DNA of 39,168 nt from Octopus bimaculoides (taxonomy: Eukaryota): assembly GCF_001194135.2 (NCBI RefSeq), contig NC_068982.1:112424725-112463892 (forward strand), written 5' to 3'. The notes below the pieces were generated by a model. The model saw only the letters and a program-made list of their open reading frames with translations, did not search any database and was not told the origin of the DNA. This document shows, one piece after another, positions 21,400-33,932 of the stretch (positions within the stretch are counted from its first letter, which is position 1; each line of letters starts with the position of its first letter). The translations under genes and the position numbers were made by a program.

Positions 21400-22930
21400 A
21401 TAATAGACATTGACAGTCAGTTATAAGAATTATTCTGAGTGTAACCAAGATAAAACAGTAAAACTGGTCTAGAATTATTGTGGATTGGGTTATGTAGTTC
21501 TTTTTTCTTTTATCCAATAATGCTCGATAAAGTCTTTAACATAATTTTTTTTTCCATTCGAAAAGTACATTTACTTCTTAATCTAATGTCCTATTTGTTC
21601 AATGAAGATACGTTCCTACATTCGTTGTTATATCAATACATAGAGCATTTCATCAACCCGCAAATCGCAATCTTTTTCTTCTGCAATCACAACAGATGCC
21701 GCTTCTCTGGAATTACAGATTCCATTTTAGCCACGTCTATGGTCGGAGCTGAAGGAGTAGACTGCACTAGACTCTACCTCAGTCGAACGATAAGGTACAG
21801 TCTAGAGATAAATTGGTCTAACTATACCATGCATTCACAATTAGATCTGAAATCTTTTTTCTTGAACATGCAGTGAGTTATTAAATGTGATTGTTTTTCG
21901 TTAGTTTCTTGGCAGAACATTTCATTCTACAGAGTCTGTGGAAATCTGATAATCATTCTATGAGTATCAGATTTTCAGAGAATTTAACTCGTGTGTTTCC
22001 TTAGAGTTATTAAGTACGAACGTGAAATTGAATATCTCCAACTAGTAATCAAACCTCAAACTGCAAGCATCACTAGAAGGTGTTTAATATAGTTCTTCTT
22101 TTGTCCCAGATCAGCACTGACTGAACTGATATATGGATGAGGTCATTTCTACCGTGACTCCTCTGTCTTTATTTATGATAAAGTATATCCAAGACCACAT
22201 TAGGCACTTTTCTTTTATCGTATAACAGGGTGATATTTAGCTTTTATTTCTAGCAGCTCAGTGACTCATTGGTTTAAATGTGTTCAGTTCTTGTAGATGC
22301 TTATTCATCTGCAATAACAATGCCACAAGATCACAAATTTATAGCTGTGATATGTAGTCTACACAATCAATCGTGATACTTATTTCATACTCTGTAAAGA
22401 TGAAAGGTAAATTGACCTCAAAGAAATTTGTACTCAAATAAAAGAGAATGGAAACTAAATATCTTAAAGAGTTGACTCCACGCTCTACCGAATCTGCAAT
22501 TCCACTGCTTTGTTTTACCTTGTTAATTATTGTGTCTGATATACATGCAAATTTATAGGAAGAAGAATAAAGGATTGAACCAAGCCATGTAAACCACAAA
22601 GCTGGGTGTTTTATTTTGTCAGAAACAGAAATATGAATGATGCAGTCAGTTGACCAGGATGTAAGGGAACGTAAATATAAGGACCATAGTATCCAGTTAA
22701 GTATTTTGCCGCTGCAATAATTCAAATGTGTTGTTTAGTCTTATTAATAATGGTTTCTAATATAAGAATAAGTGTACAAGTCTACAAATCGATCACAGTA
22801 CTAGAGTGTTATTTTATCAATACCAGGATGATGAAATCTAAGACAATTCCAGCATGATTCGAAATCAAAACGTTAGAATGTGCAATTAAACACCGCATGA
22901 AAGTCAGCTCAACTCTCTGCCACTCTGTTA
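21400..22930 (-). mobile_element. Highly decayed non-LTR retrotransposon, probably REL-endonuclease type (HERO/NeSL/R2-like)
   Basis: Minus-strand remnants occur in the expected order: RT-like segment, GLGY, AV*GLITSW, C..C/H...C zinc-knuckle-like segment, LDQ, then a hydrophobic PD-(D/E)XK-like stretch and an (ATT)n tail near 21400. There are many stops; judged by eye. Confidence 0.35.
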
Positions 22931-23379
22931 ATGCATCAGCCTTTTTAGCCTTATTAATAATAATAGTAATCTGATAATCAAACTTCATTCAATAGAAAAT
23001 CATATCATGTTTCTGTGAGAACAGACCACAGGAGATTCTGTTTGGCAGAGACTCACTCATGAATAAATAATAGAGAAATAGCCTATCTAACTATCATTAC
23101 ATTCAATGAACTCTTTCGAAAAGTGTTTAATATTACAAAACCTAGGAACAAAAGTCACCAGATAATAAATCCGGAAATGTCTTTCAGGATACATACACGA
23201 ATCCGTGCGAAACTATAAGTATTCACACGAGCAAATACATACGAACATATACTTACACATACATAGATAAACACTCTTACACAACACTTAAGCAGAAACA
23301 CATAAATATGTATGAAACATATACACGCAAATAAAAAGGCTATTAGTATAACAAATAAAATGGAAAAGAAACATGAAAT

Positions 23380-23880
23380 AAAAACTGATATAATCTCTTT
23401 CCACAGAAAATTGGAAAATCCTGCTTAATACAAGAACAAAATATAAAAAAGATCACTTTTGAGAGAAAGTTGCACTTGGATACTTCGAACGAAAAACAAT
23501 GCCCCTTAGAAAGAAGAAACCAAACTAAATCCTGGTATAGACCACTGATAAATAGTTGAAGGTTAACGTTAGATAATCCACGATCAAAAATTTCCAGCTG
23601 CGTACATGCAACACAAAATATGAAGAAAGCATCAACTGAAAACGAACATAAGCTATGTAAAGCAAAGCTGGAATCCTTAGTCACATCATTGTCAATAGTG
23701 AGAGAATACTCTCAAGCTGATAATTTTCTATAAAGTATGATACGGTGGCTACAGATATGGAGAACAAAGTAAGAGAGGGGAAAATGACAACAAATGAGAA
23801 TGCACATATTGAGACTGACGAATCAAAGAAATGTATCGAGAGCCTATGAAATTAAAAACGGTAGCGAAATTAAAGCATGA
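23380..23880 (+). mobile_element. Possible decayed RTE-like LINE fragment (linker between endonuclease and RT)
   Basis: Purine-rich, with remnants resembling K.KPW and REY..A....IR...W; several stops. Confidence 0.25.
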
Positions 23881-24545
23881 TGTTGTTTGGAACCGCCAAA
23901 TATAATCAGGCTCTGTTGTGAGATAGAATCAGCTGCACGTTTGATATGAATGTGCTAATAAATAAAAAAGCTCAAAACAGGAAATAGAAAATATCCATGG
24001 ACTATTGATGAAGACTCTACAGTTTCAGCAACCAAAATATACTTTCAGTTTTTTATTCTCGATATAATTGGTGCAACAGAATATGCAGCAACTGGAACGA
24101 AGTACGGCTGAACTCAGATTCTTGGATGAACTCTCTAAGTTACACGATATAGATGGTCGTCATAGCTAGGACATAGAAAGATTTCAAAATTTTTGATGGT
24201 AAATGGCTGCACAAAAGATTATGAAAATGACAAGCCCCATCACTCTTTTCTATATTTTTTTCATTAAAATCTTGCCACTGAACAAGTGTCGGTCTAAATA
24301 AACTTTAAAAGTCCAAACACAAATAAACATACATAAATACAAACATATTACACGTGTACATACAGGTGTGCATACAAGCTTACCTACTTGCATACACAAA
24401 ATATAAATTAATGTTTCAAAATTTATATATTTTGAAATGAAAGTTCATTGATAGGAACTAAATTTTCATGTACTGATATACATACATAATGGGTCGTCAT
24501 AAATATATACACTTTTATATGCTATACGCGTTCATCTCTCATTCT

Positions 24546-24549
<4 letters not shown>

Positions 24550-24610
<61 letters not shown>

Positions 24611-24647
24611 TACATACATACATACATACATACATACATACATACAT
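24550..24647. repeat. (CT)n(CATA)n microsatellite
   Basis: Directly visible. Confidence 0.97.
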
Positions 24648-24650
24648 AAT

Positions 24651-24905
24651 GCAAGTCTGTCGGGGTTCGACAATGACGTCAGTGACGCCGGTGGTAGGAG
24701 CGGAACCCAAAGGCAGACGCGCAGACGCGGCCGCATGTTGGACACGTAACAGCAGAAGTAGGGTTAGGGATTCTCTCTTTTCGGGCTTGTCGCTTCTGGT
24801 CCAGGCTCTTGAGGCGCTTTTCCTCGAACAGCCTAACACCCTTTTGGACAACTGGACGCCAGGCGACGCGGTCAGAGGCAAGCGATTCCCAGCCACGGGC
24901 TGAAA
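24651..24905 (-). mobile_element. 5'-truncated RTE-clade LINE 3' end
   Basis: Translates ARGWESLASDRVAWRPVVQKGVRLFEEKRLKSLDQKRQARKERIPNPTSAVTCPTCGRVCASAFGFRSYHRRH*, with the RTE-type WE..A.DR..WR motif and terminal C2H2-like finger (CPTCGR..S..G..SH.R.H). A short 3' UTR and microsatellite follow. Confidence 0.9.
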
Positions 24906-25699
24906 TGCATACATACATACATACATACATACAAAAATACAAATATAATATGCGGAAGAGCAGTAACGGGATGTTAGATATTCAGATATGTACTGAATAG
25001 TTTCTTTGATATTCATTCGTAACAATTTCCCAAAGCTATTTTATTCAGCTTGGGACATAAAATCGTACTCGTATTGTGTCGAGATACAAGCAGCATTATC
25101 TATCATATAAGCCATTAATGTTTTCCCACAGTTACAAGTGTGTATTGCCAACCTTGTTTACTAAAAACAATACATTACTCTCCCATTCTTATACTTTAGA
25201 CATTTCTTGGTGTCAGGTTGAGATGAATCGTTCCTATGACAGTCCAGCTGTAAGCTTGAAATATCTGCAAATGAATAATGATTTCAAGAATAAGTGCAAT
25301 TGACCCCGAGTATTTAATGCATGCGAGAACTGTATATATATATATATATNNNNNNNNNNNNNNNNNNNNNNNNNNNNNNNNNNNNNNNNNNNNNNNNNNN
25401 NNNNNNNNNNNNNNNNNNNNNNNNNNNNNNNNNNNNNNNNNNNNNNNNNNNNNNNNNNNNNNNNNNNNNNNNNNNNNNNNNNNNNNNNNNNNNNNTATAT
25501 ATATAGGGAGAGTGAACAGAATCTAAGGCTATTCTAAAAAGAACTACATTCGTATAACGAGTAAAGATTATAGGACACTTAGACATAACACTTAAATAGA
25601 TATGTAGTGGCATCTTTCTTTGATTTTCATTTGCAACCATTTCCTGCATATCTCCAAACCCATGTCATTCAGCTGGGGACGGAGTATATACAAAAAGGC

Positions 25700-26112
25700 G
25701 AGATGATTTACCATTTAAGAATGCCTTACAAGTTATTCAGAGTGTTTAAAAACAAAGAATCGTTGTAAATCTTCCAAAAGCCCAAACGTAAACTCAATTG
25801 GGAGAAGTAATCCAGGTAACTGGGAATGAAAGTTCTGCCTGGAAATCGCATGGTTTCTTTTGTCTTGGTTCTGAAGGATCTGATAATCGATCCAGCTACT
25901 TGCCTGCACAGTGTTGCAATTTTGGTAATATGCACATTGAACGTGCAAACTTTCCTCATGTGGATTCCCAAGTCACGCACCGACTCTGAATCTGGGATTG
26001 TACTACTTCCCAATCCTTTGTATTTCCGATTGTAGTCTGTGTGTAAGCTGATAGTAGAATCCTTGAAACTTCTGAGTATTCAACGCATATTATTTTCATC
26101 AACCCATTTGCA
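25700..26112 (-). mobile_element. CR1-like LINE RT C-terminal fragment (copy 1)
   Basis: KWVDENNM..KFQ...TIPDSESVRDLGIHM...FNVHITKIATLCRQVAGSIIRSFRTKTKETM...FIPSYLDYFSQL. Confidence 0.85.
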
Positions 26113-26897
26113 TTCAGGTTGCTTTACAGTTATATAAACGTGGGCTGGAGAAAACAAACAATATGCAGTTTAATGCTGGAATATTTTAAGCACTGTGGTA
26201 TCAACTCCCATATGAACCGCAGCCTGCATATACAGGACTCGAAGGTACTACAATCCCAGAATCACTGATAGTGAGAGACTTGGGAAAAAGTATGTATAAT
26301 GATGCATCGTTTCATACGCACATTATCAAGATGGCAGCAAAGTGCAAATAGCTAGCAGGACTGATACTAAGGTCCTTCAAGACAAGAGACCAAGAATTCA
26401 TGTTGATCCTGTGGAGGATCCTTTTCTTAGCTGCTAGTACTACTGCTCTCATAGCGGAGCTTCAAGTGGTCCAATGATATTACTCAAAAAAGATTGTGAT
26501 AGTACAGCAGATGAACTACAGGGAAAGGCTGAAAAAAACTACAACTGTACCTCATGATGCGAATACGCGAATGATATTTAATCTACAATGGAAAATTCTG
26601 GAAGTACTAAAACCTAATTTCGGCATTTAGTGTTAAACAAATCCTGAAATGGATGCCACTGTATTGTATCGAAGGTACCGTCCATATCATTTAAAGTCAG
26701 GAACTGATACTGCGATGCCTAAGGGTTCAATGGGCCAGAAATCTTCAATACCTTGCTAACAAATTGAGAAACGTGCACAATATGGACGTGGATATCTTCA
26801 AAAATGAACTGGAGATTCTCCTTTCCACAATGCCAAATGAATCAACAGCCTGGCATCAGGTACAAATGTGGTCAGTAGTGTCAAACTCCCTAATACA
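26113..26897 (+). mobile_element. CR1-like LINE RT C-terminal fragment to 3' end (copy 2)
   Basis: NNMQFNAG..ALWYQ...YTGLEGTTIPESLIVRDLG...FHTHIIKMAAKCK*LAGLILRSFKTRDQEFMLILWR...ERLK...NGPEIFNTL...DVDIFKNEL; frameshifted. Confidence 0.85.
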
Positions 26898-27262
26898 TTT
26901 TCAGCCTTTCCCAATAGTTGACAGATTCCATTGAGACGATCTTCTTTGTGTAGCCTTGCTACATTTCTTCGAGTTGCGCCGTTAATTTTGCACTTTGTGG
27001 TGACCATAGTTGAGAGCAGTAATTTTAAGCGGCTGAGGACATATGCCCGTGAAAGGATGGTCATGGTCACGTGTGCTCTTCTGAAAGTTCGGCAAATCGA
27101 TCCGGTTTGCCGTCTGCATTTTATTGCCACCGACTTAGTAATATGCCCCGGGAAACGTACACTGATTTTGATTCAGAGATTGCAATTCCTCCTGGAACAG
27201 TGTATCCTGGTTGCATTTCATTCTACTTTGTGTGGTAGTAGCACAGGGCTTGGAATTGTCCC
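26898..27262 (-). mobile_element. CR1-like LINE RT C-terminal fragment (copy 3)
   Basis: GQFQALCY...YTVPGGIAISESKS...AIKCRRQTGSICRTFRR...TMTILSRAYVLSRL...WERL. Confidence 0.85.
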
Positions 27263-27301
27263 ATATACATGCATACATACATACATACATACATACATAC
27301 A

Positions 27302-27336
<35 letters not shown>

Positions 27337-27699
27337 TGACCCCTCTATTTGACAGGTATTTATTGCATTGAGCCAAGAGTGATGAAAGGAAAGATCAACC
27401 TTGAATGATTGAATTTTTACTATGAAGGGTCTTAGCTTCTCTATTGTTCTTATTCTGATACTCAACGTCATTTAAAATTTTGAAAATAGCGATTAGAAGA
27501 GAATATGTGTAAAAACATAAAGACAGTAAAGAGTTTAGGTGAGATACTCTTTGATAATTGAGTGATTAGAGTCCAAATATTTATTGCCAGTACGTCTACA
27601 TAATACAACTAAATACCAATGATGTGCATAAAGCCGCGTCTTTATTATCCTGTCTGGAAAGACTGTAAACTGAAACAATGTTGTGAGTCTAATTTAATC

Positions 27700-27795
27700 T
27701 ACCTACCTGCCTGCCTACCTACCTACCTACCTACCTACCTACCTACATACATACATACATACATACATACGTACATACATATAGACATGCATACA
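27700..27795. repeat. (CCTA)n(CATA)n microsatellite
   Basis: Directly visible; a further (CATA)n lies at ~27270-27332. Confidence 0.95.
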
Positions 27796-28854
27796 TACAA
27801 TGGTTTCTTAAAAATCAGAAAACCAATGTCTGTTGAGTTCGCGTGAACGCAAATAATCTGAAGTATGGTTTATAACTTTCTTTAAAAATGTTAGTTTGGA
27901 GTTAGCATAAAATAAAAGTAAAATAATAAACGATTATTCGTTGTTTAGCTGTGGTTGGAGTTGCAGTTCCATATGATATGAAGATCCTATCAATTTGTTG
28001 TCTTTAGAAACAGCTTTCAAAAAATCCAAATTCTTCCTTTATCTGATGCAACATTGTGTATTCAGTTTGATCAAAGCAATCGATATAATTCTTCTGTTTT
28101 CATGAGAAAAATTTTGGAAATCAAAATTATTAAATTTTAATAGTTTTTCTGTTATATATATTTTTGATGTGCAATATTTTTGATCGTTTTATATGAAATA
28201 TGTATTATGTATGTGTGTGCATAAATACATATGCCAGCTTAGTTTCATGTTTCGTTATCATGAAAGCAATTCGAACTCAACTCACTGGAGAATTAAACAA
28301 GTACAAAAATAGCTAGAGGGTCGTGATTGAAGAGTGTGTGGGGGAATAAAGATGTGTTACTGAATATATAATTCTAGTTCTAGACGTAAGGTTATCACTC
28401 ATCGCTGAATGTAATATCATATCCTTGCCATAGGAAGTGTCGGATCACCGCAATCTTTTAAGCAAAATGAGTAGAATTTCGTATCTGGCAAAGACTGTAA
28501 CGTTGTAAAATCTTCCTCCAACAGATATTGAGACAGCAAAATCACTTTGAAAGCCCATTACCGGATCTACGTATGTTGTTCATGTGTGAGGATTTCATTG
28601 AAGTTTGATTAGGAAAGCAGCTGACATTTGAGTGAAGACACAGTATTTTCTGGCAGATTAACTTGATTGGAGTCTATTAGTGAACTACAGCTGTATACTT
28701 GAATCGGTTACAAATTACCTATGGAATCTAGACACGTACTAACAGATCATTGTTATCCACAGAGATAGAAATTTCAGCTTCTAAATGATTTTGCACTAAA
28801 CTGGTATAACAAAATATCATGTGTCAAAATAGGCTTACATTGTTAAAATATATT

Positions 28855-29025
<171 letters not shown>

Positions 29026-29284
29026 ATAATGATTTACGTTATTAGACACAGGATGTTTCAATTGAACAATAATGAATACGAAAAAAACTGAATGATAGCA
29101 ACAATAATAATAGTGACTTTGTTTCAAATTTTGGCCAAGGACATTAATTTGGAGGGGAGAGTTTTAATCTATTATATAGATATCAGTATTTAATAGATAC
29201 TCTATTACATCGACGCCAGGTTTTAAAAGATATGTGATCTTAGGACATAAACACCTAGAACAGTGTAACATTCTGCCAATAATT

Positions 29285-29311
29285 TCATCATCGTTATTAT
29301 CAGCATCATCA

Positions 29312-29383
<72 letters not shown>

Positions 29384-29460
29384 TCATCCTCATCACAACC
29401 ACACTACAACCATCATCTCCACTGTTATCATCACCGCCGTCATAATCATCATTATTTGAT
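29285..29460. repeat. (TCA)n(TCG)n microsatellite and low-complexity flank
   Basis: Directly visible; source of the poly-S ORF. Confidence 0.95.
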
Positions 29461-29591
29461 TATGTTTATAATTTTCGGTGCTGCTTTTATTTTACACTTT
29501 ATAATTCCCCGTTCAGAAAAATTAAAATTAAAATGATTCAGAATAAAATACGAATGTGCTATAGCTTTAACTTAACTTTTGTGTTAATAAT

Positions 29592-29597
29592 TCTCTC

Positions 29598-29655
<58 letters not shown>
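29592..29655. repeat. (CT)n microsatellite
   Basis: Directly visible. Confidence 0.97.
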
Positions 29656-29657
<2 letters not shown>

Positions 29658-30166
29658 AACGCGCACACACGCACACATATACAAGTGTGTGTATGTGTGT
29701 GTGTGTATGTGCGGGGGTGTATCTTTAACATTCATATAGTTCAATTTTCAAATAAACACGAAAGAAGAACATCTCACAAACGAATATCGTCCATGCTTGT
29801 ACATATTACACACACATATATATATATACATACAAACATACATAGATATATACATACACACATATATACATATATGTACTCTTACATACAGTTCTTAGTT
29901 TATTTTATCCAACAGGAAGTTCCATCGCCACATGCACAGTCACGAGCGCACGCACACACACACACCATGCATACACACATATTTAGAGAAAGGTATATAA
30001 AATGCACATGTGTTCTTTAAATTCAAAATTTGTATTTATGTATTTCATATTAAACATAACCCCGACTACTTTCCATTTAACTGTAGAGAACTCTCAGAAG
30101 ACAAATATCAAGATTAAGCGAATTATAACGAGTCTTACGAGATTCATGTGTTTCTAGTGACCACAC

Positions 30167-30199
<33 letters not shown>

Positions 30200-31010
30200 A
30201 AGATAGGTGTATATGATTATGTAAATATTTGTATATATGTACATGAATGAGTAAGTGTGTGCGAGTGTGGACTCATGTTATCAGTGTCACATGTACATTT
30301 GAGGCAGACATATCCACGCGCCCGCTACTGACATTTTCTTGATGTTACCCTGTCATTGCTTATACATAATGAATCACAAATTTCGTCACTGCGCTCCTAC
30401 GAAACCTTCCATACACATATAAATATACATTGTCATATTTTTATACTAGTCACATTCCTGTCAGTAAAAGAAATTTGTCTTTTAATGTTTTTTTTTTTAA
30501 ATAAAACCACCATTGTGCAGGATTACAAAAAATTTCAACTTAGTCTAGAATCGAACACCAGATTCCGTCGCACTGAAAATAAATATTGCCTTTGTTATTT
30601 ACATTATCATTGAAGACTGTTGCTAGTAAACAGTGATTAACAAAACAAGGTATGGATTCTATTCGATATATCGATTATTCCGATAAACTTAAGAACAGCG
30701 TCAGCATGGGCAGGTGATATATTCGATTGTCACTCAGTACGCAACCGTTACTTATATTATCGATCAGAAAGCGGTCAGGAGTTAATCTAACTCTAGGGAG
30801 ATTTGAACACAACGATAAAAAGTAATTCGAATACCAAAGTATTGCTCTAAATTGACTCCTTACAAAAGCGAAAATCCGGGGAAATAAGAAAGGTGGAATT
30901 GTAACATTTATATGTTTGCAAGGAAATTTAGTGCCTTAAGTCAGTTATTATCATATAGTGCCAAATTACTGTTATTTCTAACAATACAGACTCCTCTACA
31001 GATGATAATA

Positions 31011-31562
31011 CGAGGGTGAGTCAAAAATAATGCCATTTTGTTTAGGACAGCTATAATTACCAACATAGGAACATGTATCATACGTCAAAATGAAGATGGT
31101 CCTCTGTGGATCATATCCCTACTTCTCAATATAGTAACCGTTTCTCTCAATAGCAATGTTCCACCTTCAATAGCAATGTTCCACGTATCCCTGCCCCATA
31201 AAATTCTGTTGACTGTTCTTTGAGCCACTTCTTCGCTACCTCCACACTCACCAGATTTCGCGTCTTCAGACTATCATCTCTTCGCGCCACGAAAGAAGGT
31301 TTGAGAGGCAAACATTATTCCAGTGACGAGGATGTGAAAACTGTAGTATAGAAGTGGCTCAAAGAACAGTCAACAGAATTTTACAGAGCATGGTTACAAG
31401 CTCTCATTTGAAGGCGGAACATTGCTATTGAGAGAAATGGTGACTATGTTGAGAAGTAGGAACCACAGAGGACCAGCTTCCTGTTGATGTATGATACAAG
31501 TTCCTGTGTAGGTAATTATACCTGTCCTAAACAAAATGGCATTACCTTTTGACTCACCCTCG
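31011..31562 (+). mobile_element. Palindromic mariner (DD34D)-derived MITE made of two right ends
   Basis: TA TSD at 31009-31010 and 31563-31564; termini CGAGGGTGAGTCAAAA / TTTTGACTCACCCTCG; arms 31011-31231 and 31351-31562 are inverted copies. Confidence 0.92.
31248..31459 (+). pseudogene. Mariner transposase C-terminal remnant
   Basis: SPDFASSDYHLFAP-KEGLRGKHYSSDEDVKTVV*KWLKEQSTEFYRAWLQALI*RRNIAIERNGDYVEK*, matching the YSPDLAPSDY motif and mariner C-terminus (one frameshift, two internal stops). Confidence 0.9.
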
Positions 31563-33328
31563 TACTTTTTGATTCATTCATGCAGATTTCAGCTACATGA
31601 GCCAGCTAGTGAGCGAGATAATCAAAAGTCACTCAGTTTACTTGAAATACTAGCCAAACCTACCTAAAATCTCATTCATTGTCTTACAGATTGCATTGGA
31701 TATATTCCTCCTTACCAGGCCCGAGTGTAAAAACAAAACAACAACATCAGAAATACCAACAATACCAATATCTATAACAACAGCACGAAGTGTAAGTACA
31801 TAACATAATATATTCACAGAAATCTTCTTACATAGGAGACTCAGTCGTTACACAAGCCAGGAAAACTATCTTCCCTCTATACACTTTACCCATGAACGAC
31901 AAACAGCTAAATTTCTAGAAGTCAAGCTGATGATCATTCGTGAAGTTTATGTGTAGGCTGACAAAACAGTATCTCCTAGAATAAAATTTCCTTTTAAGAG
32001 TCTGAAAATATTTTGGTGTTGATCAGTCAGCAATCCTCTGCAAAATTCTAACAAGATCCACACAGGAATACCTACTCGGATACTTGGATGCTTGCGCAAC
32101 CACAAAACATCCTCATTGACTTCATCCCTCAATATAGGTCATTTGGATGGATAGTACAGATCCAATAATAAACACGGTACAATTACTCAATTGCAGATGA
32201 ACCTTCCTCTTTCTCCCTTTGAGCACCTTCTGATTTACTCTCTCTCTCTCTCTCTCCGTCTCAACTATCACTACTTTGATTTCTACTCATTCGAACCAAG
32301 AAACTACGTTCTGCGTCTTTCTTTTTACAGAAACTATCCTCTCACGTATATATGTACCTCACTTCCGAAACCCTTAGATCGATACTTTGTCCACGGAAGA
32401 GCAAGTGCTTTGAAACTGGCTCCAATAAATTGGCTTTTCCCAGGAAGGTTCAGATATAATTGTCTGGCAAGTTTGTCAGATTCTGAAACGTTCAGTGATG
32501 TATTACTCGATTTTTCCTTTTTTTTATTACGAAATAACTATGTATTACATAATGTCAAAGCATCACCATTTGAGGAGAGTTCAGAAGATTAAATCAAGTG
32601 ATATTTTATAAACTCTAGAAGAATAAAATGCTAAGTCGATTTAGTTGGGATATGAAATCGTAAAATCGAATAAGGCAGGAAATATCTGTCGTCTATCCTC
32701 CTGAAAGAAATTCTCTCGAATAACATCCTATCATCATAAAAAGGAAAATATTTAACAACTAGTCCGGAGTATATTATACATAAATATCTGAATAAAAGGC
32801 GGGCGTCATGGTTAAAAGCCCGTGATTATTGTATTGTACGTTCATAGATGATTTGTGAATAAATCAACAAAGTCAAAAGCAAAAGTAACTATAACAACTA
32901 AGGCAACTGCAATAATATCGATTTAATATTGTGCAAAAACAAAAAAGAAAAAAGAAAAACAGCTAACTAATGTACTGTATAAAATTCCGTACATTACGAG
33001 TATATATATTATTTTGCAAACCTGAAAATGAAAGCATTCAAATTTGAAAGCAGAACATGGAAGAGCAAAACTGCCAACTACCGGAGAGTTAACCCGATTC
33101 TCGCCAACAACGATGAAGTATATTAATACACAATAACGGTTTAAACTTCTAAGCTTGAAAATAGAACAAGGCAAACAGATACAATTAAGTTTAGCAATAT
33201 AACACAAATATCCAATGTTATACTTCTATTTTGCTGTGTTTCCTGTTACAAACATTATATAAAGACAAAGAACGTAAACATGAGGATAAAAAACACGCAT
33301 GGCTGATACTCCCTCAGAGAAAAGAGGG

Positions 33329-33333
<5 letters not shown>

Positions 33334-33386
<53 letters not shown>

Positions 33387-33395
33387 TACACACAA
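33334..33395. repeat. (CT)n(CA)n microsatellite
   Basis: Directly visible. Confidence 0.95.
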
Positions 33396-33421
33396 TATAG
33401 GCAAACACTTTGACACAAACA

Positions 33422-33673
33422 AGCGCAGGAGTGGCTGTGTGGTAAGTGGCTTGCTTACCAACCACATGATTACGGGTTCAGTCCCACTGGGTGCCACCTT
33501 AGGTAAGTGTCTTCTGCTATAGCCTCGGGCCGACCAAAGCCTTATGAGTGGATCTGGTAGACGGAAACTCAAAGAAGCCCTATATATNNNNNNNNNNNNN
33601 NNNNNNNNNNNNNNNNNNNNNNNNNNNNNNNNNNNNNNNNNNNNNNNNNNNNNNNNNNNNNNNNNNNNNNNNN

Positions 33674-33738
<65 letters not shown>

Positions 33739-33932
33739 CTTTCTCCCCTCAACATCGCTTGACAACCAATGCTGGTATGTTTACGTTCCCTTAACATTAG
33801 CGGTTCGGCATAAGAGATCGATAGAATAAGTACTAGGTTTACAAAGAATAAGTCCTGGGGTCGATTTGCTCGACTGTAGGTGGTGCTCCAGCATGGCAGG
33901 AGTCAAATAACTGAAACAAATAAAAGAAAAGA
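33422..33932 (+). mobile_element. Full-length octopus-type (OK-like) tRNA-derived SINE with internal (TA)n(TG)n tract and N gap
   Basis: Head GCGCAGGAGTGGCTGTGTGGTAAG...GGGTTCAGTCCC (A/B-box-like), body GCCTCGGGCCGACCAAAGCC...GGTAGACGGAAACT, microsatellite, then TAAGTACTAGG...GGGGTCGATTTGCTCGAC...GGTGCTCCAGCATGG...GAAACAAATAAAAG. Confidence 0.92.

Noticed and set aside
33422-33500. tRNA genes (also at 12270-12345 and 16323-16400)
   Set aside because: These are tRNA-like SINE heads with A/B boxes, continuing into SINE bodies; no complete cloverleaf.
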